Part shown: positions 54,421-64,000 of the stretch, piece by piece | How the letters are laid out: every line of letters starts with the position of its first letter | Position numbering within the stretch: position 1 is the first letter of the stretch | Origin: Bigelowiella natans CCMP2755 | Lineage: Eukaryota; Protista; Cercozoa | Length of the DNA: 64,000 nucleotides | Reading direction: 5' to 3' | Assembly (NCBI GenBank): GCA_000320545.1 | Contig: ADNK01001884.1 | Location: 33,375 to 97,374 of the forward strand | Made by a program: the position numbers and the translations under genes | Notes under the pieces: generated by a model | Database searches by the model: none | What the model was told of the DNA's origin: nothing | What the model saw: the letters and a program-made list of their open reading frames with translations, nothing else

Positions 54421-56014
54421 GCGAGATTGACAGTGTCTAACTTATCGATGTTTCTTAAATACACAGAGACACACACTACCATGATGTCATGTGAAAGATG
54501 AAGCGGTTTTAACAAATGTTTGTATGAATCTCTAAGTGCGTAGTGCGGTGATGACTCACTCGTCCTCCCCGAGAAGAGGTAGGACCCCATGACTAATGGC
54601 TTCCTTGGCAAGGCCTAGCTGCACACCTATTATCATCATGGAGACTGCAAACGCCCAAGCCTGAAGATAGCACGGTATCACAGGAACGTTACTCCTGACT
54701 TCGGGCAATTGCGAGGAGCTTTACCTTTGCCGTGAAAGCTGCTGCTGCCTGGCGGCTTTCCCATGATGCCTTTTGATACCCCTGCGCGGCTTTAGATTAC
54801 ACGACACCCACCGTCGCCCACCGAGGTAGTCAATTACTTGTCGCACAAGCACATACAGTAGGCGGCGAAGCATCTTGTCAATTAGTACATATTTGTTACC
54901 TAACCCTCCCAATATCCAGCACAAGGAGAGTAACGAGCCTGATTTAATATACAAAAAGTAGGCAGATATCAGGTCCATTGCTTTATCGGCAACTCATTAT
55001 CATGAGCACACGGAATGTGTTATGCTGTTATTCGCTCAACCGTGGGTTATTGCAGGAAGAATATAGGGCAGTGATCTCCAGGTAGGAACCCATTCTAGAG
55101 GCTGCAGCCAACTGGTTGCCATCATCACCACCATGCACACCAATCAGCACCATCATTCATATCGGGAGGAAAGTAATACTATCATGGATATTCATATGAA
55201 CCTAGGTCGGATGATATCGGCAGCAAGTACCTGATGGAAACAGGCCAAAGTTCTTAATACACAACAGATAATGATGACGATGATGAGAGTTTCTTAACAG
55301 TCACATACCACGATTGCTACGAGGAGCGATGACGAAGTCGTTACCAATGCATCTGCCAATGGAAGACCCCTGATGGAATGGGTAATTTCCAATTAGAAGT
55401 CACCATCGAATGGTAGCTACCGTGGAGAAGAAAGCAACAAACCTGTCATCTATCACAGGGCTTAAAAAGCGAGATAGCACCTGCAAAAATTAAACGCTGT
55501 AATTTTGGGGCGAAGATTGTAGCAAATGCTGTTCACACCTCCTTTCGAACGTTCTGTCCGTAGGAAAGCCCTTCATCAAAAGCATCCTTCAATGATCTAC
55601 GTATAAACACGATATGGCAATCATATCACAGCTGAAAATGAAGCTGCGCAAATGCTCGCAGACAAACTCGATATCTTCTGCTTCCGATCCGTCGTGATTC
55701 GAATTATCGTCTTTAGATTCCTAAAATATTCAATTACTGATGTTATTGTTTCTTTCTAACACTTGTTGAGTGAATGTGAGAATAACCTTCGCATGTACTT
55801 TTAGTTGACGTGATTGCGCCATTGATATCCTCCTTTGTGCAAAAGCTGATGGTGGTGACGATAATAATTCTCTCGCAGGGCTCCCCAAGATACTATATCT
55901 TGTGAATGGATGATTTTGGGTCGTGCGGACAGCGGAGGACGACACACTACTCGGCATCATCGAAGTAGAAATTATCATCACGAAGCCGAGGAATTGTGTC
56001 ATCGTCGTATGCAT
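54194..56014 (-). CDS. Putative plastid-targeted multi-pass membrane protein of unknown function
   Basis: Hydrophobic N-terminus plus an S/R-rich transit-like exon. Later exons include SRFLSPVIDDR|GLPLADALV, WLQPLEWVPTWRSLPYILP and GAVMGLWRQYR. Confidence 0.65.
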
Positions 56015-56730
56015 GAATGGCGTGAATCAACAAGTCCTGACTCCTGTGCGTTTAAGATGGAAAAATCAAAAATATTAATCCTTCTTCCACTATATCGAGC
56101 ATCCTTCCCCGCCCCCTTCTCTTCCTCCTTTCTCCCCTCACCGTCTGTCCGTCGACGTGGACGCCTGATCAGCAAAGTGTTGTTTTTGTTTCTTCAAGAG
56201 AGTTAAAAGGACAAATATTCATACGGCCTGGAACCACCAGAATTACTCCTCTCATGCTCCTCTAACTGGCAACAGTTGAGTAGAAATATGAGGTGTATTT
56301 ATTGATCTACCTGTTTTGGTGGAAAACAACAAAAGCAACAACAAGCAGCAATGAATCATCGGCTGAATGTGTGAGCACTGAAGGAACTCATGCAGAAAGA
56401 CGCCATAGACTACGCGTATGCGTAGAGACGGGAGGCCGATATGCACTCCTCAAACGGCACTTAAGGGACGCGTCGACCCAGAATCTCCATTTTGCAATTT
56501 TCAGGTAGCATGATCCGTTTAATGCTCTTTTCACTATCGTCGTATTTCTTTATGTGACAAAATGCCATAAATGAATAGGGGTACGATGGGTCTGCGGCAC
56601 ATTGTGTTCTTGACAGGATTGCTGTCGTTTGTGGGAGCTCAGGTGTTAAATCATTCACTGTTACTGCGCTCTTAAAGTTGGTTTGACTCGTATTTAACAC
56701 AACACCATCTCTATCCACGCCATTTACTTG

Positions 56731-56811
56731 ATGCAGACGATGGCTCCAACTTTCAATCCGACCACAGCGCCCACAGTCAGCCCAACGGTTCGTCTATGTT
56801 TAGCAATAATG

Positions 56812-56853
<42 letters not shown>

Positions 56854-59512
56854 GTAACAAGTCTGGTGTCTCCTCACGTGCAGTATCCTCCTCCTCTTCC
56901 TCCTCCTTCGGTTGTTGCTGAATGTCCTTGCATCCTACATAGTCCACGGGCTCCTCTTCCTCGAGCGACGGGAGCTCAAGCACCTTGTACTACAACATTA
57001 AAGCTATTTACCCAAAAAATTTGTCTCACCAACTGCTTTAGTCGTATCATTTCTCCCCACCAACCATTCGTGAATAATACTCAGGCTGATCCTCGTCATA
57101 ATGCCAATCCTGGGTTTCGTTTTGGCCACTCTCATCATCATAATAGTTGCCTACTTATACTACAAACGTCGTAAACGCGAGTACGAACTCCGAATGCTGC
57201 GGCAGCTCGTTGCAGCTGCCGGTGCTGCCGGTGTTAAAGGAAGAGGTTCTCTGCATTCTCTCCGGGTAGTTGCAACCAGCAGATCGAAATTAGATGCCAA
57301 CAAGAACAATTATGATGCAACAAGAGATCCGACTCAAAGTAGCCCAGAGGAGCTTGAGAGAGACACAAGTAAAAAACGGTTAGGGCTTGCATCTTCGAAT
57401 GGAGTGGAAAACGTGGAAGTACTTCTGAAATCTTATAGTGATAGAAATAATGGGAGCAGTAGTAGTAGCTCCAAGAAGAAGAAGAAGAAGAAGAAGATTA
57501 CATTTAGTAGCGGTATTGGGGTTCGTGGGGAAGGGGAGGAGGAGGAGGGGGGGGAGGAGGAGGAGGAGGAGGAAACGAGAATGAGACAACAAAGGAGGAA
57601 AAGGATCAAAATTAAAGACTTTCGCAAGGGGAGGCTCCTTGGAAAAGGAGCGTTTGCTGAAGTGCACTTGGGACTAGAGCTCGGAACAGGCCATCTCATG
57701 GCTGTGAAATCCGTGCCGCTCACAGCAGTCGAAAAGGGAACCGTCCGGTCTTTCTTAGTAGAATTGAATCTACTGAAGAAACTAATCCACCCCAATGTAG
57801 TAAGATACCTAGATGCGAAAACCGACAACAAGTTCCTCTATATCTTCTTGGAATATGTGTCGGGGGGCTCCATAACATCGCTGTTGAGGCAATTTGGCCC
57901 TCTCACAGAAGACCTTGCAGGTGTGTTTACCAGACAGATCCTCTCGGGATTAGACTATCTGCATGCGAAGGGAATTGCTCACAGAGACATCAAAGGAGCG
58001 AACATCCTCACAACACATGAAGGATTGGTCAAGATCGCTGACTTTGGCGTATCTCAGAACTTATTAGCGAAAACTCCGGCCCAGGCTCAATATAAATTAA
58101 CGAAGAAGAATTTCTCTGTGTGGGGAGCGAATGCATTCGGTAACAACGCAGCAGCAAAGAAAACCGGGTTGCATGGTACACCCCCCTTCATGGCCCCTGA
58201 GGTCGTGCGACAGGATAAGGCTACCACTCAAGCTGACGTGTGGAGTCTCGGATGCACTGTGATTGAAATGGTAACTGGCAAGCCGCCTTGGGCGTCATTT
58301 CACCGTAGCGTTCCTACGCTGCTCCTCAAGATCTCGGAGACTAAAGGCCCTCCTCCTGAGGTAGACAAGCTGCACGGAATCGCACGTGAGTTTGTGATCA
58401 GTACATGCACCGTGGACCCAGATGCGAGGCCAACTATTCGCCACCTCATCTATCACCCCTTCGTTACTACGGAGGAGGAGAAGCGAGAAATTTCGAAACG
58501 GCAGGTGAGCAATGGAGGGAGGGTATCTACTGCGGCACAGGGGTCATCATCATCACGTGGTCAACTGCCGAATAACACAAGTAAGGATGGAAAAGGTCCT
58601 TTCTTAAGATCGTGTAGCCATCATGAGAACGAAAGACAAGATATTCTATGTCCTGGAGGAGGAGGAGGAGGAGGAGGAGGAGGAGGAGGAGGAGGAGGAG
58701 GAGGAGGGAGAACTGCTAGTAGAAACGCTGCTCACAAGCTGCTGAGGAGAATTGAGATGGGAGGAGTTGGTGGTGATGGAGGAGGAGGAGGAAGAGTAGG
58801 AGGAGGAGGGAGGAGGGACACGGAACTGAGAATTCATGTAGATAAGGGGAGATCAACCGCTTCGGTTGCCCCCCCTCTGGTTCGGCTCACCTCTATTTCG
58901 TCCAACATGAACGCCTCTGGATTGCTCAACGTCGCATATGAAGAATCACAACGGAACAAGGACGCCGAGAATAACAGCCGCAACGCTGTGACGAAGAGGA
59001 TGCAACAACAACAACAACAACAACAACAACAACCAAACAATACTGCTCAGGGTAATTCTGTAGCTGGTGAACAGAAAGGCGACTCCGATAACGCTGCAGC
59101 ACAACAGCTGCAGCTCAGACACGAAGAGGGGATGGTGGAGGATAAAAAGAAGGAGGATACGACCGCTTGCAGCAATATCAAAAACCACCCTGATAGTCAA
59201 GAGCAGAATAATCGCCGCTCAAGCATCGGTGACGATTGTAATGACTTGAGTAAGGATGTTGATGACAACGTTAGCGTCAGAAGACTCTCCGCAGACGAAT
59301 GTGAAACTGATGAAGAGCGTCCTGTCAACGCAGTCAAAATAGAAGATAAAGGGGCGCCTGACAACCCTAATGAGGAATACATTACGGATGTAAAGCAGCA
59401 TGAGCATCTAGAGAAATCGGAGGAAAATGATGATTTTCGTATCGAGCAGGTGGATGGAACAGGGGTGCTGAAAACACAGCGATCGCAAGTTTCATGGGAG
59501 GGAGAGTTCTAA
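56731..59512 (+). CDS. Single-pass membrane Ser/Thr kinase with MAP3K (STE11/MEKK-like) catalytic domain; 5' exons uncertain
   Basis: PT-rich stalk exon (APTFNPTTAPTVSPT), then TM ILGFVLATLIIIIVAYLYY plus KRRKR. Kinase motifs GKGAFAEV, MAVK, FLEYVSGGSI, HRDIKGANIL, DFG, GTPPFMAPE and DVWSLGCTVIEMVTGKPPW. Confidence 0.9.
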
Positions 59513-59631
59513 TGCAAGCAGCTTGCAGTTTGAATATTAATCAGCTATGCTGAGTTAGTGCTGAGTCAGTTTTCTTTGTATATGATGACCTCATCATTCG
59601 AATTATTATTGCATTACATGTGCATGCTACT

Positions 59632-59952
59632 TATGAGACGGATGCAATGAAGTGATTAAATCTTTTCAATGGTCATCCTAATGTAGCTATGCAAAGCAGC
59701 GGCCACAGCACTTATGTTGTATCTGTTCGTCTCTTTTGTTGTGTGTTTCATGCATTTGAAAGCATCTGTTTTCGGTCGTTGATGTCGTGCAGTACGTGCA
59801 GTAGTTCTTGTCTCTTTTTCAGCTTCAGTCAGTAGCTTTGTCTCATTGTTTCGATTCATCATGGCGTTCAGTTGATTGCGTAATCTGAGCTGTTGGCGTG
59901 CGTACAACTCACATTGAAGGAGATGATCCATGTCTTTCACGATGCCACACAC
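59632..59952 (-). mobile_element. Short 3'-terminal fragment of the same LINE family as 213-2218
   Basis: Encodes KDMDHLL...FKCMKH...NISAVAAALHSYIRMTIEKI, nearly identical to the first copy's C-terminus, and shares the 3' UTR ...CATCCGTCTCATA. Confidence 0.92.
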
Positions 59953-60612
59953 ATTGGCATGCTACTCATGCATGCCATGAATGGAGAAAATCATTGCTAC
60001 AAGTCGCATTGTTCAGATGGGCCGTGCATGTATGACTGTACTTTTGCGTGCATCATCTATTGACCATGCACGCGTGCCATCACATGAGCAATGTTATTGT
60101 TGTGCTTGCTAGCTAGACACAACTCATGCAGCGGCGATGCCACCTAGCCATTTTGTACATCGTACTCAAATCACATCAAGTGTGTCGATCGTTAAATTTC
60201 ACTCTTACTTTGCGCTTGCTTGCTTGCACGACTTGTCTGGATACCACGATAGTCTATATAGATCTAGAGATTGTGCACGTTCATGCTAGCATGCCGCTCG
60301 ATAATGACACACACAGTCAACAAATTTACTGCTCCGACTCAACAGCTAGACAGGCGCGGCGAAGCATGCTGACATCAGTCTCGATCACATCAAATCGCGC
60401 AATGCGTGCGTCGCACACTAGCACACCTCGCACTTCCAAACTTGCGACATGACATTCTTTAGTCAAGAAAACTTTGATTGCAGAAGAGAGTAAGAAGCTT
60501 TAACTGAAATGCCTAGTGTCTCAAAACTTACGAAAGCGTCCCATGATTATATCTTGGAGGCAGGTTCAGTGGAATATTGCTTTAAATATGAGAGAAATTT
60601 CCAAGATTTGAT

Positions 60613-61224
60613 CTAGATACGCTTTAGCTCGATGGAACGACCCTACAGTTAAATTATCATTATTTCACATCGCATTAGATATCTCATTTTTTCCTACCTC
60701 TGATTGTCTCTGCGGCGTAGAACTGAATCAAAAGTATAATTAAAAAGTCGTTGTCATCATAAATGGCTGATTCAATTCTCATTGGCGAAAGACAAGTAAA
60801 GATTATGTACTGCATGCAGTAGTTGTACTCACGTGTTCACTTCCGACTTTTCGTCCAGGGCTGAATCATGATTATAGACATCTCAGAAAAATTCTTTTTA
60901 CTTAGAATGATAAAGATGAGGGCAGGTTAGTATTTTTATCTTGCCACCCTAATCCTACCTTGCTGAGAAGGGGGGGGGCCAGCTGTTGAATTAATAACAA
61001 CTTGGGACGGAATACCGCCTGAGAGGAAAAACAGAGTTATTGTTGCTAATGTCAGTCGCTCTGTTCCTTTTTTATTTCTACTACAATAATAACATGGAGG
61101 GGGGAGATGTAGAGTTACCGCGACTTTGCACATTCGTGTCAAATTGACTGGCATTGCGTGTATTCCTCCTGGAAGTAATCCCTAGTCGAACCTAATAAAT
61201 GTTGATTTGATGATGATTTGGCAT

Positions 61225-61257
<33 letters not shown>

Positions 61258-61939
61258 GATTATATTGATGGCGATGATGCCAATGCATGGCGGTGTGTGT
61301 AAAATAGATAAAGCTACTGATTTTATTCACACCTTCCTTCTCATGTTGAAAAGCATATTCTCTTGAGATTCTGTCTCTTCCGTATGTTTTTGGTACATCA
61401 TGGCTATCTTAGGAACAAAGATCATAACCTGATGACGGAAACAACAACAACAACAACAACAACACAGGTGTTAGTATCTTAATACTAGCACCAGTTATCC
61501 ATAAATTAATGTGCTCTGTTTCTTGCTTACTAAGACTCCAAAATCGTTGAAGAACAGAGCCAGAGTTGTGATCAACGTAGATGTGATGGTCTCTTGCCTG
61601 GAAATGAGATATAATCATATTAGATTCAGTATATATATAACAATCCAGCGGAGGCAGCAGGTGGTAGTATGGCGAGCCACCAAATCAGTACTCACCAGGT
61701 TATTGCGACCAGAAATGGAACCAGAGCTATGATCTGACGACGTTATTGTTGTTTGCATTAAGTTGAAGATCATGAACGGTACATCAGCATGCAGCATCTT
61801 CCACGAGATCTGGCTATGGGGATTGACGTTTTTGATGATATGCTGAGCAGACTCTAACACCAACGATGATGTTGTGGAAGCTGCTAAATCGGCAAAGCAA
61901 AACACCCCCCCCCCCCCCCCGCTCCCCCCCGACAAAGAT

Positions 61940-61975
<36 letters not shown>

Positions 61976-62605
61976 TACCTCTATGGAAGACACGGCAGAT
62001 GCGGTGATCCATTTGTGTTCTGCAAACTCTGCTGGAATGTTGCGAACCTGCAAAAGCGAAGAAGCTCCAACGTCATGGCCGACATTGATATCTCAATGGT
62101 ATTTATGTGTGTATGTGCGAGTATGTAAGTTGTGTTCTATTCCTTTATTTCTAACCGATTATTTCACGCCCCATATAGATTCGTAAACAACGTTTTTGTT
62201 CTACACGTGTGCGTAATGTTTTTGCTTGGGTAGCAGTGAAAGACATCGGCTCGCTTGTTCATAAACATTGTAATAACGGCCATGAAATCATTATTATCAG
62301 TATCATCCCTACAACTCAAACCTCGTAGCACATCCAGAGAAGATAGCACAAGAACACGAAATGGAGCACCAGGATTGCAGTCACAAAATTCAACCCTGTG
62401 TGAAGAATATAATCGCAAATAATGATTAAACTTCGATGGTTGAGTCACAAGCACTTTGGACTGATTGAAGAAAGCTAGTGATTGCTACCTGTCCCAGAAG
62501 AACATTTTCCAATACTCTTGCAGAAGTTATCCTGCGCACGTTCACAGTCATTATACAAGCTACTTCAAGTACTACTGGTGACCATATCCGTTGTTTCTTC
62601 TTCTT

Positions 62606-62636
<31 letters not shown>

Positions 62637-63246
62637 AAACAAACAGCAGTTGCAACAATTCAAACCTCAGTTCCAGAAGCGCAAGAACGTCTCCATTCTA
62701 GCGGGTCGTAAGCTGCACGATGATGATTCACGGTATTAGTCATTCGTAAAGAATAGCACCAGTCAATTCTACGAAGATGCGGGATCGTTTTGCATGCATA
62801 TTGTTTTGCCTCACCACTCCAAATGAGACAGACGATCATTTCCAGAGCTACTGCAGCACCTGGGTAGCAGCAGCAGTAGTAGTAGTAAGTAAGTAAGTAA
62901 GTAAGTAGGTAATTAAGTAAGTAAAAGCCGTTGTGTATCTGAAGCTGAAAGCAGTAGTAGTGGCGGTGGAGACAAGAATAAGCTGAACAAGCAACAACTT
63001 ACCGATGTATGTAAAGTATTGGTAGATGGAAACAACGACGTGCCTGGCCTGAGATCGTGTGATGAGAGAATTAACCAAACGCTGTTAGTTTTTCTACCGA
63101 TTACTCCCCCCCCCCCCCCCCCCTAAAAAACCGTGGATCCGTACTTTCTTCGCGTTCATCTTGTCAATCATCAAGCATTTCGCACGATACCTGCACACAA
63201 AAAAAGGGCATGTTGATCTCGAAATGCACACACGCACGCACGCACG

Positions 63247-63304
<58 letters not shown>

Positions 63305-63591
63305 GACGCGCGCAAGATATCGAAGAAGCGAAAACGTGTAGCTAGATGTCGGTTGAATGATTACGTCTTCGAGTACAATGCAGATACGGTTAACCCAAAA
63401 CCGATGCAGTAAAACCTGAGAACAGTTATCTTCGTCAGCAACCAAATTGCAATCGTCGAATAATTTATCAAAACGCTGTTATTTTGCTAAAATAACTACC
63501 AAATATTTGCCATACAGACTTTATCCAGGGTATCATCAGAGTAATCTTTGTCATCGAAGCCAACCTAAATTTAGATTGTGAGATAAATATA

Positions 63592-63657
<66 letters not shown>

Positions 63658-64000
63658 ATTATATATAATGCATCACACACACTCACACACTCAAAAATAA
63701 TGTCCATAGGAAAATTCCAAAAAAAGCAGATTCCTACCGTAAGAATGAAGAGTGGAGGACATGATGCATCCAATTCCAACCTTTTAAAATTAGCAGTTGA
63801 CATCATCATTCGGGGCCATACTATACTACTAAATCAGAGGTCGGGGGGAGAGGATATAAAATGAAACTTAGGTTGGAACGTACTAAATACAGGAACGTTG
63901 GTTGAGATGCTCGGACAATAGGGTGGTTCCGACTTACGAAAGTCCAAGCCTGAAACGGCTACTACACACACACACACACACTACTATATATATATATATA
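60613..64000 (-). CDS. Class C (GABA-B-like, 7tm_3) GPCR, 3' part; runs off the window; contains an apparent 1-nt frameshift
   Basis: Exons SRNHPIVRASQPTFLYL, CMANIW|FYCIGFGLTVSALYSKT|YR, DPLEWRR, VRNIPAEFAEHKWI and MIFVPKI. The stop position is approximate. Confidence 0.82.

Noticed and set aside
1-64000. rRNA, tRNA or snRNA genes, and an enzyme responsible for the TA conversion
   Set aside because: None was recognisable. No deaminase, TET/JBP or methyltransferase motif was seen in this window.

Overview
Gene-dense, intron-rich eukaryotic nuclear DNA full of microsatellites. It is most likely a chlorarachniophyte alga, inferred from nuclear photosystem II accessory genes (Psb28, TLP18.3/Psb32) carrying signal-plus-transit bipartite presequences. 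About 15 protein genes can be traced by hand through GT-AG introns. They are a six-repeat membrane protein fused to an HSL-type hydrolase, an unknown membrane protein, a HugZ/HOZ-like protein, Psb28, a HAD 5'-nucleotidase, an alpha/beta hydrolase, an RWD-DUF1115-IMPACT fusion, an intronless 7TM protein, a micro-exon ABCA transporter, a histidine phosphatase, a weakly supported hypothetical gene, TLP18.3, an unknown plastid membrane protein, a single-pass MAP3K-like kinase and a class C GPCR. There are also two 5'-truncated copies of one LINE family. The main unexplained signal is a set of local tracts in which TpA has been nearly eliminated, apparently converted to TpG/CpA, while CTAG is spared. 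Polarity is supported by aligning the two LINE copies. The tracts lie downstream of gene 3' ends and not in divergent promoters. This looks like a localised, context-specific A:T->G:C hypermutation or base-modification system, opposite in direction to fungal RIP. A modified-base calling artefact must be excluded. Exon boundaries and counts were done by eye and are approximate.
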